Counted from the stretch's first letter, positions 13,201-28,611 are shown. The stretch: DNA of 64,000 nt from Dictyostelium discoideum (GCA_000004695.1 CM000154.2:3360001-3424000), one strand, 5' to 3'. A program made the numbers and translations. Notes: generated by a model from the sequence alone, not told the origin.

Positions 13201-13408
13201 ATATTGTCCATAATTTATTTTTTGAAATTAAATTCAATGATATCATATTTGAAAATTTAACTCTATTCCCAACATAATACTTTTTCATATCATCATACTC
13301 TATAACTTGTTCACCCATAACTTTAAATATTAAATTTCTAATTACAACATTTTTAAAAACTTTCCAAAATAATATTTCATTATTATCATTATTATTGTTT
13401 TTGCTCAT
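10229..13408 (-). CDS. Large (1059 aa) hypothetical protein, downstream member of a tandem paralogue pair; apparently single exon.
   Basis: Long ORF with coding-type codon usage. The N-terminal ~140 aa are nearly identical to ORF 13542..16475 (NEILFWKVFKNVVIRNLIFKVM.EQVIEYDDMKKYYVGNRVKFSNM...KNKLWTILKDKLISNQYIRIDKKGLS). No recognisable catalytic domain. Confidence 0.6.
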   Translation of the reverse strand: MSKNNNNDNNEILFWKVFKNVVIRNLIFKVMGEQVIEYDDMKKYYVGNRVKFSNMISLNLISKNKLWTILKDKLISNQYIRIDKKGLSKFFKYCNEDLDTIKLLYKFKKEEINSIIDPINQSIECENEISLKYFINYIDEETGMKLPIQFNQINSYDSEFYITSMQIFEIVYLALKESNQQSDIDLLKNQLLYRFLSKEKGEEDFGFISVIYNNYPELYPKKEDSISDTMYSIPLETIIKLDSAHRDLQIKLFLNGFINFKKSFPSSIVVNNYNNYSLDDFIFLYKCVYKSNDLLVDTKKVDQIVNEMIKDLKCEKEKLKFLKLKLTQELTHQDFSFSYLCEYDDDFDLIDSESVVSYTFSMFSINGLKYLIETSFRFNGVLVFFPNQQVLLESPNLVIEFSKLYFKNDNHFSMKYNGWLYIISAILKFCEFNVLKEIIESVPDFPLKLISKLLYSFDLNCPSQMVKLINLLKSKQEEDNDGNAGNDDDDEYSLFFSIKSFKFSDYLIGLKSNFKIDSVSQFNHLKVLDDLFLPSQLSSNDNDNPNYSNFYKSLSFVINSVDIVKQAILNYPNAPKELFNNYLLKLLNNFDLESIKEIMKIIKFAKIGGDNKTFTFDNQGKCTEEMYKKVDETLNYLNEINFTNLFNENGISSFFIGLFNSFSNIDKLIENCPSFKEIAFSLFENQSSIIICEILFKQSFNFNDRLKIIKYILNEITTFTVFNYFSLSSDRDIIFNQEFTIYNLPTGEIKTNDLNSFDIIEIIEQLLKKVDKREINNFTTIEMIQILFDFLVQSKNVTLQQIEFIIELCDINSITLSIGYYHTFYFYNLKNKKLSNIFLKDPASRDLSRSAIFSKKTHYGKHFFFYKGHSFNFIKNSSFNLLVIELMKIYFQPVCNGKSVRYLLTINEPQLAISLLKDNIDSFKISHEIKFQSTEIIKSFFKSGIFKIPFQDVINELVKLDLEEFSIDKLLKWAILLERIDITNFIISNYAKGISNLLFGNFEINPFAKNCKLISNYLLENHKDVLLNSIIIDQELINDIKNQGFNEMYNLILKYIKIK

Positions 13409-13430
13409 TGTTTGTTGAATTATTCTTGTT

Positions 13431-13467
<37 letters not shown>

Positions 13468-13541
13468 AAACCAGAAAAAAAAAAGAAAAAAAAAAAAAAA
13501 AATTCTTTAAAAAAAAAAAAAACTATTTTTTTTGTTTAATT

Positions 13542-16475
13542 TTATTTTATTTTTGTTTCTTTTGTGTCATATAAAGTTAAAATAAGATTCATAATATCAA
13601 GTCTTTTTTTAAGTGTTGCCCTTTCTAAAATTGAATTCTTGTGTAAAAATTTTATATTTTCTAATACATAAATTACATTTGAAATATTTGAAAACCAATG
13701 TGATTTGAACAACAATTTTATAAAATGTGAGGGTACAGAATCTTTGTTTGTTGTATTTTTTAAATATCTTTCCATTGATATTAAAGCTAATTTATCTTCA
13801 TTAATTTTAAATAAATAATCTATATTATTTTTGAAAAAATCACGAGGTTTTGATAAAATTACCAATTTTTTTAATAATTGAGATGTTGATAATTTTTCAA
13901 TTACATCAAGTGGAAATTGTCCAAAATCAAAATTTATACCACAATTATATTTATTAACCATTGAAAAAGAGGTTGTTTTTTTTGGTAAATAAAGTGAAGT
14001 TAAATAATTTGATAATTTAAAATTTTTTATGTTGAAATAATAAATGATATGATAAAATCCAATTATCAATTGTATTTTATTTGATTTACATATTTCCAAG
14101 AATAAATTAATTTGATCAAAATTTATATTTTTACATTTTACTAATTCATTAAATAAAATTTGAAAAACAATAAAGTTTGAAGATTCTTGAATGTTTATTT
14201 TTTTAATTATTTCATTTAAAACTTGAATTATTAAATTTGGATTTTCAAAATTAAAATTTATATTTATTTCACCACTTTTAAATTCAAAAAGATAGTTTGG
14301 TTCAGTTTCATATTTAATGCATAATCTTGAATTTGATGAGAGTTGATTTAAAATGAATAAAATTGATTCATATTGTTTTGATTTAATTAAATTAGTTATA
14401 ACCAATTCTAATGATTCATTTGGAAATGAATTGAAATCAATTAATTTAAAAGATGGACAATTTTCAATTAATTCTTTAAAAGAAAATGAATCGAATAATG
14501 ATTCGAAAAAAATACAAGTTAATTTTGGATTAATTTTAATGGTTGGAAATTGTAATTGATTTAAATTATTTAAAATATTTTCAACTTGAGTAATGTTGGT
14601 TAATTTTTTAAAATTAAAATTTGTATGAAATTGACAAAAAATAGGTGAATTAATATCTTGAATACCAATTATTTCTATAAATTGTTTAATTTTTTCAATA
14701 TCTAAATTATTTAATGAACCAATATATAATTTTTTACATATTACTGCTTTTTCTGCATTTGGGTAATTTATTAAACATCTTTTAATTGCTTCCATTGATT
14801 CTAATGAAAGTGATAAAACTGAATAATAATTATTTATTGCTTTTAATGTTGAAGTTGATATTGATTCTTGATCACTTGAAACATTAATAAAAAATTTTTT
14901 TTCAAAGAATTTTAAATCATCAACTTGTTGTTCTGTGTAAATTTCAAAATAAAATTCTAATGCTTTAAAGTAATTTTCTCTTTTTAAATACATTACACCT
15001 GGAATTCTTTCACTGACTTTTTGAATGATTTTAACAGTTGTTGATGGACATTTCACAGTGAAATCGTTTAATTTTTCAATTATAAATGGTAAATGAGAAT
15101 CTGGGAAAACATCTAATAATTCATTAATGATTTCAAATGGGTATTGATATGAAAAAATTAATTCACTAACTGGTTTCCAACTTGAAAACCCAATGTTTAA
15201 ATGATTATCATTTTCAAAGTAAATCTTAAAAAACTGTACTATTCTACCCTTTATTTCTTCAATTTTTGAAAGATTGCACATTACATAATGGTGTTTAGGA
15301 AATTTAAAAGAATTTTCAATTAAACAATTTAAACCATTGATTGAAAATGATGAAAATGTATATTCTGCAATAGTTGATAAATCTGTAGTTGTTTCCTTAC
15401 TAATTCTATCATCAAATTCATCAAAATAAGCTTTATAAAATATATTTTTATCATATTCTTTTGCAATTTTATATTTAATAAATTTAATTTTTTCAAATTC
15501 TATATTCTCTTTATATTTTAAACCTTCTTTTTCAACCATCTCTTCAATTAAATCATTCACTTGTTTTGTTGAAATTTTTTTATTATTATTATTATAATAA
15601 TGATTTATTTTTAAAAGGAATAAACAATCTTGATATGAAAATTGAGTGTAATTATTCAATATATAATAAATTGGTATTGTGCTTTTAACTTCTATAAATC
15701 CACTTTTAAAACATTTAGTTCTAAATTCATCACTTCCTTTATAGGTTAAAGTGAATAAACCATAACCAAGCTTTTCTTTATAATTTAATTCATTTGGTTT
15801 AATGAAAACATCTAAACAATTATCAAAAATATATGATAATAATTCCCATTCATTTTTAACAATTAATCTATTAAATACTTTAATAATATCAATTTTATTA
15901 TTATTTTTATTATTTTTATTATTATTTAATTTATTTCTTAATTCTTTATATAGTACATCAAGCATGGATATGGTGTTTATATGCTTATAGAATCCATTTT
16001 GAATTGAATCCAATGTTATTGGTAATTTCATTCCAGTTTCTTCATCAATATAATTAATGAAATATTTTAATGCAAGTTCATTTTCATTCTCTATTGATTG
16101 ATTTATTGGGTCAATGATTGAATTGATTTCTTCTTTTTTAAATTTATATAATAATTTAATTGTATCTAAATCTTCATTACAATTTTCAAAGAAACTTGAT
16201 AATCCTTTTTTATCAATTCTTATATATTGATTACTAATTAATTTATCTTTTAATATTGTCCATAATTTATTTTTTGAAATTAAGGCTAATGTCATATTTG
16301 AAAATTTAACTCTATTCCCAACATAATACTTTTTCATATCATCATACTCTATAACTTGTTCACTCATAACTTTAAATATTAAATTTCTAATTACAACATT
16401 TTTAAAAACTTTCCAAAATAATATTTCATTATTATCATTATTATTATCATTATCATTATTATTATTATTATTCAT
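13542..16475 (-). CDS. Large (977 aa) hypothetical protein, upstream member of the tandem paralogue pair; its stop lies only 133 bp from the start of 10229..13408.
   Basis: Same conserved N-terminus and shared internal blocks (ENCPSFK, YPNA.K). The middle of the protein has diverged. Confidence 0.6.
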   Translation of the reverse strand: MNNNNNNDNDNNNDNNEILFWKVFKNVVIRNLIFKVMSEQVIEYDDMKKYYVGNRVKFSNMTLALISKNKLWTILKDKLISNQYIRIDKKGLSSFFENCNEDLDTIKLLYKFKKEEINSIIDPINQSIENENELALKYFINYIDEETGMKLPITLDSIQNGFYKHINTISMLDVLYKELRNKLNNNKNNKNNNKIDIIKVFNRLIVKNEWELLSYIFDNCLDVFIKPNELNYKEKLGYGLFTLTYKGSDEFRTKCFKSGFIEVKSTIPIYYILNNYTQFSYQDCLFLLKINHYYNNNNKKISTKQVNDLIEEMVEKEGLKYKENIEFEKIKFIKYKIAKEYDKNIFYKAYFDEFDDRISKETTTDLSTIAEYTFSSFSINGLNCLIENSFKFPKHHYVMCNLSKIEEIKGRIVQFFKIYFENDNHLNIGFSSWKPVSELIFSYQYPFEIINELLDVFPDSHLPFIIEKLNDFTVKCPSTTVKIIQKVSERIPGVMYLKRENYFKALEFYFEIYTEQQVDDLKFFEKKFFINVSSDQESISTSTLKAINNYYSVLSLSLESMEAIKRCLINYPNAEKAVICKKLYIGSLNNLDIEKIKQFIEIIGIQDINSPIFCQFHTNFNFKKLTNITQVENILNNLNQLQFPTIKINPKLTCIFFESLFDSFSFKELIENCPSFKLIDFNSFPNESLELVITNLIKSKQYESILFILNQLSSNSRLCIKYETEPNYLFEFKSGEININFNFENPNLIIQVLNEIIKKINIQESSNFIVFQILFNELVKCKNINFDQINLFLEICKSNKIQLIIGFYHIIYYFNIKNFKLSNYLTSLYLPKKTTSFSMVNKYNCGINFDFGQFPLDVIEKLSTSQLLKKLVILSKPRDFFKNNIDYLFKINEDKLALISMERYLKNTTNKDSVPSHFIKLLFKSHWFSNISNVIYVLENIKFLHKNSILERATLKKRLDIMNLILTLYDTKETKIK

Positions 16476-16773
16476 TGTGAATTTGATTTTATTTTGTTTG
16501 GGAAATAAAAAATAAACCGCAAAACAAAAGAGTTATTTTTTATTTTTTTAAAAAAAAAGAAAAAAGAAAAAATAAAGAAAAAGATATTTTTTTTTGAAAA
16601 TATTATCAAAAAAAAATGAAAAAATAATCAATTTTAGATTTTTTTTTTTTTTTTCAAGATATTATTGTAGTTTTATTTTCAAATAAAATAAAAACAATAA
16701 TTTAATCAAACAAGAATTTAATTTAATTATTTAAAATCAATACACATTTTATTTTATTTATTTATTTTTTTTT

Positions 16774-16775
<2 letters not shown>

Positions 16776-16821
<46 letters not shown>

Positions 16822-16822
16822 A
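16776..16822. repeat. (TTTA)n microsatellite of about 11 units.
   Basis: Direct reading. Confidence 0.85.
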
Positions 16823-17249
16823 AGGAAGAGTAGAAAATACATGGGAAAATCAATACAATTGAAATAAATATTAAACTATAGTTAATTGGTGGTAATGATG
16901 ATGGTGATGATGATGAACTAATAATACTATTTGTTGTATTCCTGAAACTACAAGTACATGATGCACTATTATATTCATTACATTTATCACCTGTTAACGT
17001 CAAAATGTCTTGTGGACAACTGGATAGTGAACTTTGTAAAAAACATACACCCGCAACTTTTGTAATTGTTGTATTTTTTGGTGATCCACACCAAATACAA
17101 CATGAACCACTTGTAAAACATGTTTCCATTGTTTCTCCATAGCATTTTGAATCATCATCAATTTCCACTGATGATGATGTTTGTTCTCCATTCGATTTTA
17201 TTATAAATATTAAAAATATAATTAGAATTATAAATTTACTTAATTTCAT
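16818..17249 (-). CDS. Small secreted Cys-rich protein, probably GPI-anchored (ponticulin-like family member).
   Basis: 143 aa. Signal peptide MKLSKFIILIIFLIFIIKSNG, a Cys-rich core with a C.WC motif (CFTSGSCCIWCGSP), a Ser-rich stalk and a hydrophobic C-terminal tail (IFISIVLIFPCIFYSSF) typical of a GPI signal. Same size class as Dictyostelium ponticulin. Confidence 0.45.
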
Positions 17250-17418
17250 TTTTTTAATATTTGTTTTATTATGTGTTAAATTTTTATTTTTTATTATAAA
17301 AATATAAAATAAAAAAAAAAATAATAAAAAAAAAAAATAAAAAATAAAAAAAGGGTTGGTGGTGTGTTTAAAAAATTAATTTTATTTAATTTAAATAAAA
17401 GTTTTTTTTGATAGTTTA

Positions 17419-17572
<154 letters not shown>

Positions 17573-17582
17573 GATCAAAAAT

Positions 17583-18551
<969 letters not shown>

Positions 18552-18931
18552 TTTTTGATATTAAAATATATTAAATTTATAAAAATATAATTTTTAAAAA
18601 TTAAATGAATGTAATATTGATGAAAAAAAAAATAAAAAAAAAACTTCCCCCACAAGTGGGGAAAAAAAAAAAAAAAAAAAAAAAATCGTCCCCATCTTTA
18701 GTGGTGGGAAAAAAAAAAAAATTAAAAAAAAATAAATTTATTTTTTTCACAAAAAGAAATCAGTTAAAAATATCTCATTTTCTTTTTTTTTTTTAAAAAC
18801 AATTATAAATAACAAAATATAAATAAATAATAAAAAGTTCTAAATATTTAAATTTTAATTCTAATTTTTAAAAAATGGGTTTTAATAAATAAATTTAGTT
18901 ATTAATCCTGGTTTACCCAATTTCTCTTATT

Positions 18932-18989
<58 letters not shown>

Positions 18990-19594
18990 TTTATATGTTG
19001 TTTTGAAGCGTGGGTGTGTTACAAATAATTTTTTCAATAAATATTCAATTTAACACTACACTACCACAGTTGAAAAAAAATTCATTTCATATATATAAAA
19101 ACACTATTACCCCACTACCCCAAAACATTTTAATTGAAGCAAAATGTGTTCATATAGAACAAATAAATAGCCTTATTCAATGATAACCTAAATGTATTTC
19201 ATATTTATAAATAATAATGGAAATTTTTTTAATTTACAAAAAATTCAAAAAAAATCATATTTAATAAATAAAAAAATCATTGTTGGGGTTGGAATATACT
19301 ATTTAAATTGTTTTTTTTTTGTTATTTTTTTTTTCTCTACTTTACAAATTTATTTATATATATATTTATTAAATGAATCTTTTTTTTTTTTTAATATATT
19401 AATAAAAAATTGTACAACTAAAAATTAGTAATAATATTGGAAAAAAAAAAAATAATAATTGTAATAATATAATTTTTAAAACTACCAAACAATAATAATA
19501 TTGGGAAAAAAAAAAAACCAAAAAAAAAAAAACAAAAAAGGAAATAAAATCAAACAAAGATTTTTTATTAAATCAATAATTAAAAAAAAAAAAA

Positions 19595-22500
19595 ATGAAA
19601 TTATTATTATTGGCGCTTATTTTAGTGCTCAGTAATATTAATTTAATAAGTGGTAATGGTTTAGTTTGGCCACATCCAAGATTACCATGTAGCCCATATG
19701 ACGAAAGGGGTTGTATAAATACACAAAAATGTAGTAGTACTGATTGTGATTCATTTAAACGTAGAATGTAAATATTAAATTTATTTTTTTATTTTAATTT
19801 TTTATATTTCCTAAAAAAAAAAACAATTTGTTTATTAATTTTTTTAAAAAATAATTATTTTTAGATATTTTGATGTTGCTTATAATACAGCATTTACAAT
19901 TTATCAACATACAATTTTTAAATACTATTCTGCAAATTATTATAAAGTTGAGTTAATAGTTGGAGGTAAAGTTTATTTTATTCATAAATTTGGTCAATTT
20001 AGAGGTGATGATTGTGAATTTGATGAAATTATTCCAGCTTTTTATAAGAAAGTTCAATTTTTAGATTTATCAACACCAATTAAAGCAACAATTCAATTTT
20101 CATTTGATTTTTCATCACATCCAAAACATGCAAACATTTATTATTCCTGTATAGATGTTTGGTTATTCGACTCTGCATATTACAATTATTGCCCAACTAA
20201 TAGTGGTGGTGGAAGTGGTAATAGTGGTGGTAGTTGGTCAAGTGGTGGAAGTGGTAATAGTGGTGGTGGTTGGTCAAGTGGTGGAAGTGGTAATAGTGGT
20301 GGTAGTTGGTCAAGTGGTAATAGTGGTGGTCATTCTACAGGTGATTGCCCAACAAGTAGCGGAGGTTGGACATCTGGTAGTCACTCAAGTGGATCATGGT
20401 CATCAGGTGGTGGTAGTGGTTCATCATCAGGAGGTCAATCAAGTGGATCTTGGTCTTCAGGAGGTGGTTCATCTTCAGGAGGTCATTCAAGTGGATCTTG
20501 GTCTTCAGGAGGTGGTTCATCTGCAGGAGGTGGTTCATCTTCAGGAAGTCATTCAAGTGGATCTTGGTCAAGTGGTGGCTCATCTTCAGGAGGTCAATCA
20601 AGTGGATCTTGGTCTTCAGGAGGTGGTTCATCTTCGGGAGGTCAATCAAGTGGATCTTGGTCTTCAGGAGGTGGTTCATCTTCAGGAAGTCATTCAAGTG
20701 GATCTTGGTCAAGTGGTGGCTCATCTTCAGGAAGTCATTCAAGTGGATCTTGGTCATCAGGTGGTAGCTCATCATCAAGTGGAAACAGCGGATGGATGAC
20801 TGCTTCTGGGGGTAATACTGGTGGAAATACTGGTGGAAATACTGGTGGAAATACCGGTGGCCAATCAAGTGGAAACAGCGGATGGATGACTGCTTCTGGT
20901 GGTAATACTGGTGGTAATACTGGTGGAAATACCGGTGGTCAATCAAGTGGAAACAGCGGATGGATGACTGCTTCTGGTGGTAATACTGGTGGAAATACTG
21001 GTGGAAATACCGGTGGCCAATCAAGTGGAAGCTCTTCATCAGGTGGCAATAGTGGTTGGTTAACATCTTCTGGCAGTAATAGTGGAAGTTCTTCGTCAGG
21101 TAGTAATAGTGGTTGGTTAACATCTTCTGGTAATAGTGTAAGTTCTTCATCAGGTGGTAATAGTGGCTGGTTAACATCTTCTGGTGGTAATAGCGGAGGC
21201 AATAGTGGAAGTTCTTCATCAGGTGGCAATAGTGGTTGGTTAACATCTTCAGGTGGTAACAGTGGTGGTTCCTCATCTTCAGGCAGCAATAGTGGTGCCT
21301 CATCTTCAGGTGACAATACTGGAGGTAATAGCGGTTGGTTGACATCATCTGGTGGTAATACTGGAGGTAATAGTGGTGCTGCAACCGGAGGAAATAGTGG
21401 AGGTAACAGTGGTGCCTCATCTTCAGGAGGTAATAGTGGCGGTGCTTCATCATCTGGTGGCAATACTGGAGGTAATAGCGGTTGGTTGACATCATCTGGT
21501 GGTAATACTGGAGGTAATAGTGGTGCTGCAACCGGAGGAAATAGTGGAGGTAACAGTGGTGCCTCATCTTCAGGAGGTAATAGTGGTTGGTTGACCGGCG
21601 GTGTTACTGGTGGCAATAGTGGAGGTGCTACTGGAGGTAATAGCGGTGGTGCTACTGGAGGTAATAGTGGAGGTGCTACTGGAGGAAATAGCGGTGGTGC
21701 TACTGGAGGCAATAGCGGCGGTGCTTCATCATCTGGTGGCAATAGTGGAGGTGCTACAGGAGGTAATAGCGGTGGTGCTACTGGAGGCAATAGCGGTGGT
21801 GCTACTGGAGGTAATAGCGGTGGTGCTACTGGAGGCAATAGTGGAGGTGCTACAGGTGGTAACAGTGGAGGTGCTACTGGAGGAAATAGCGGCGGTGCTT
21901 CATCATCTGGTGGCAATACTGGAGGTAATAGCGGCGGTGCTACTGGAGGTAATAGCGGCGGTGCTACTGGAGGCAATAGTGGAGGTGCTACAGGTGGTAA
22001 CAGTGGAGGTGCTACTGGAGGAAATAGTGGAGGTAACAGTGGTGCCTCATCTTCAGGAGGTAATAGCGGTTGGTTAACAGGTGGTGCTACTGGTGGTAAT
22101 AGTGGAGGTGCTACTGGAGGAAATAGTGGCGCTGCAACCGGAGGAAATAGTGGTGCTACTGGTGGTAATAGTGGAGGAAATAGTGGCGCTGCAACCGGAG
22201 GAAATATTGGAGGTGCTTCAAGTGGTTCCAGTTCTTCAGGAGGTAATAGCGGTTGGTTAACAGGAGGCGCTACTGGAGGTAATAGTGGCGGTGCTACTGG
22301 AGGTAATAGTGGCGGTGCTACTGGAGGTAATAGTGGCGGTGCTACTGGAGGTAATAGTGGAGGTGCTACTGGAGGTAATAGTGGAGGTGCTACTGGTGGT
22401 AATAGTGGTGCTGCAACTGGAGCAAATAGTGGTGCTGCAACTGGAGCAAATAGTGGCGCTGCAACTGGAGCAAATAGTGGTGCTGCAACTGGTGCAAATA

Positions 22501-23123
22501 GTGGAAACAATGCCGCTGTAACTGGTGCTGCAAATGGAAATAATGGCGCTGCAGCTGGAGCAAATAGTGGTGCCGCAACTGCTGCAAATAGTGGTGCCGC
22601 AACTGCTGCAAATAGTGGTGCCGCAACTGCTGCAAATAGAGGAAACAATGCCGCTGCAACTGGTGCTGCAAATGGAAATAATGGCGCTGCAGCTGGAGCA
22701 AATAGTGGTGCCGCAACTGCTGCAAATAGTGGTGCTGCAAATAGTGGTGCTGCAACTGCTGCAAATAGTGGTGCTGCAGCTGGAGCAAATAGTGGTGCTG
22801 CAACTGCTGCAAATAGTGGCGCTGCAACTGCTGCAAGTGGTGGAAATGGTGCAAGTGGTGCTGCAAACCCTGGTTCAATAGTAACTCCAAATGATCAAAA
22901 TGTTTCTCCATTATCGAACTCTGATGCTGCAGCAACCGCAGCATCAACTACAGGCAGAAACCCAAGAAATCCAACAAGTAGAGCTCCAACGGTCACACCA
23001 ACGCCAACCTCTTCAGCTGAAGAACCAGCTGCTGGTGGCGAAGATTCAAGTGCAATCTCCAAATATAGTATTCAATCATTTGGTATCTTTGTTTTATCAA
23101 TGATAATATATTTAGTAATTTAA
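19595..23123 (+). CDS. Secreted, probably GPI-anchored mucin-like glycoprotein. It has an N-terminal Cys-containing globular domain of about 190 aa followed by ~900 aa of Gly/Ser/Asn/Thr/Ala low-complexity repeats. 2 exons: 19595..19767 and 19865..23123, intron 19768..19864.
   Basis: Signal peptide MKLLLLALILVLSNINLISG. The donor is at|GTAAAT (phase 2) and the TTTTAG acceptor joins to frame 0, which stays open through ORF 20796..23123 (the listed M is internal). The C-terminus GEDSSAISKYSIQSFGIFVLSMIIYLVI is a hydrophobic GPI-type tail. The body consists of 24-nt GGNSGGAT units punctuated by GGNSGWLT. Confidence 0.65.
20200..22860 (+). repeat. Coding minisatellite: degenerate tandem 24-nt (8-aa GGNSGGAT / SSGGHSSGSW) units inside the mucin-like gene.
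   Basis: Visible periodicity of ggtggtaatagtggaggtgctact and related units. It generates spurious ORFs in the other five frames (20155..20799, 20335..21567, 20939..22648, 21601..22077, 22390..22947 and others). Confidence 0.85.
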
Positions 23124-23268
23124 AATAACTAATATTCTTTATATATATATGAAAATAAAATAATAATAATAAAAAAAATTATAAAAATAAAAAAATAAAT
23201 ACAAATCTAAAATTTTAAAATAATATATTTGTATTATTAATATTATTAATATTATTATTTTATTTTTA

Positions 23269-25061
23269 TCACCATTTAACTTTATTTAATAAATCTTGAA
23301 CAAATTGATCGCAATCACCTAAATAAACATAATCAAATTCGTGAGGTTGAGCAACCAACTCACGATTAATTAATATTTGAGGTATTTGTTTATCAACTAT
23401 ATCGGGTAATAAAGACACAGGTTGGACTTGTAATGATGAACCCATAACAATTAGTAAATCAATATCTTTTACATCTTTGAGTACACATTGATCGAATCGG
23501 TCAGGTAGATTTTCACCAAAGAAAACAATATCGGGTTTCATGAATGATTGACCATCATTACATTGTTGACACAAGGGTATTTCCATTTTCATGATGGTAT
23601 CACGAATGGTGGTACCATCGACAGTTAATTTACAAGTGATACAAGTTGCAGTTGAGAAACTACCATGACAATTGACCAATTTCTCTCTATCAATACCTGC
23701 AACATGTTCCAATGTATCGATGTTTTGAGTGTAATTTCTAAGTAGTTTACCTTTTTCATCCAAAAGTTTTATAAAGGAATGAGTTGGTGATGGTTTATGA
23801 TTACCAGGGAAGATCTCTTTTGCAAATTCAAAGAAAGGTAAAGGATTTGCACGTAAGTAATGAATATCAAACAATGATTCTGGTCTTGGTAAATTATATT
23901 TCTTTTCAATAGTTTCGTAAACGCCACCTTTTGATCTAAAATCTGGAATACCACATGAAACTGATACACCAGCACCAGTTATAATTACAATGTTTTTACT
24001 CGATTCAAATAATTGACAAACCTTTTCAAATGTTGATAAATCCAATGTTGCTATCTTTTTTCTATAGGGTCTTGCCAATGTATTATACTTTAAATAATTT
24101 AAAAATAAATTTACTGCCACTTTTTTCCTTGTTAAAAATGCCGTTATAATTTCCCATGCATCATCATCTTTCTCTAATTCCAATTTAAATCCAATATCTT
24201 TGGTAAACTCAATTGGATCAATCCCCAATGATTTCTTTTCTTGAATATGTTTATATATAAAACTACGTGCAACCAATTCAATATTTTCTTCTTCTTCTTC
24301 TCCTTCTTCTTCTTTTGAATTTCCAACATTATTTCCAATTCTTTGAATTTCATCATCAACTTCATCTTTATTATTATTTAAAATATCCAATAATATTGTT
24401 TCATTTATTTGTGTTTTTGTTGTTGTTGTTGTTGTTGTTGATGTTGATGTTGTTGTGGTTGATGAAGTGTTTGTTATTGAAGTGCTGGTTTCTGTATTTA
24501 CTAATTTTTTTTGAATTTTCTTAATTTCATTAATATTATCTAAATGATCTTCATCATCTAATAATTCATCTTCATTTTCATACCCATACTCATATTCACT
24601 ACTTTCATCATCTTCATAGTCATCACTTATTTGTTCTTCATCGGAATATCCTTCACCAACAAATTCATACTTTCTTCCTTTTTTATCCAATTTATTAATT
24701 AATTTAGTATCAATTTCAACATCTAAATCTTCATCTTCATCTACTTCTTGTAATTGTTCTAAACTATTTATAGATTTTCTAAAAATAAAAAAAATAAAAA
24801 AAAGTGGAAATAAAAAAAAATAAAAAAAAAAGGTTAGATTATTTTTTTTATTTTTTTATTTTTTTATTTTTTTTATTTTTTCATTTTCACTTTTTTTTTT
24901 TTTATTTTATTTTTTTTTTTTTTCACGAGGGATGATTTTTACAATTTTTTTAAGGGTGTATTATCAGAAGGGATTTCTTTATTTATTTTATTATTATTAT
25001 TTTTATTTTGATTATTTTGAATTTCGTTTAGTTCATTATTTTCTAAAGATCTCTTATTCAT
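23269..25061 (-). CDS. NAD-dependent protein deacetylase of the sirtuin (Sir2) family, class I/SIRT1-like, with an acidic and Thr-rich N-terminal extension. 2 exons: 24943..25061 and 23269..24778, intron 24779..24942. Predicted 542 aa.
   Basis: Catalytic core GAGVSVSCGIPDFRS...YTQNIDTLE...CHGSF...C.TC...CQQC (Zn-ribbon) ...VFFGE...LIVMGSSLQV. The listed M at 24690 is a TTG. The true ATG is at 25061 (MNKRSLENNELNEIQ...). The donor is tt|GTAAAA (phase 2) and the TTTTTAG acceptor restores the frame. The 542-aa size matches the Dictyostelium Sir2 paralogue of that length (possibly sir2D, unverified). Confidence 0.8.
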
Positions 25062-25128
25062 ATCTTATTCTTTTTCTTTTTTTATATCTGTTTATTTTTT
25101 TATTTTTATTTTGAAACCGAAAATTTTG

Positions 25129-25159
<31 letters not shown>

Positions 25160-25364
25160 AAAAATAAAAAAAAAAAAAAAAAAAAATAAAATAAAAAAAA
25201 AAAAACAATATTTGGGAAATTTATAATTTTTTTAAATGTTTATATTTAATCAAAATAATAATAAAATAAACAAATAAATTAAAAAGAAAAGAAAAAAAAA
25301 AAAAGAAAATAATTTTTAAAATTAATATTTTTCTTTTTTATTATTTTTTTTAATTAATTAATTA

Positions 25365-25366
25365 AT

Positions 25367-25441
<75 letters not shown>

Positions 25442-25465
25442 CTTATTTATTTATTTATTTATTTT
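25365..25465. repeat. (TTTA)n microsatellite of about 25 units in the sirtuin upstream region.
   Basis: Direct reading of the atttatttattt... run. Confidence 0.9.
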
Positions 25466-25551
25466 ATTTTATATTTTTAAATATAAATTAACATTGAAAT
25501 AAATTATAATTTTACAAACTGATTTCCAAATTTTTTTTTTTTTTTATTTAT

Positions 25552-28611
<3,060 letters not shown>

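Noticed and set aside
20155-22947. Large ORFs on the opposite strand or in other frames of the mucin repeat (20155..20799+, 20335..21567-, 20939..22648- at 569 aa, 21601..22077+, 22285..22521+, 22390..22947-, 22525..22881+).
   Set aside because: All are by-products of the 24-nt coding minisatellite. Frame 0 on the plus strand is continuous with the signal-peptide exon and ends in a GPI tail. The alternatives encode implausible poly-HYQL/PPLL peptides.
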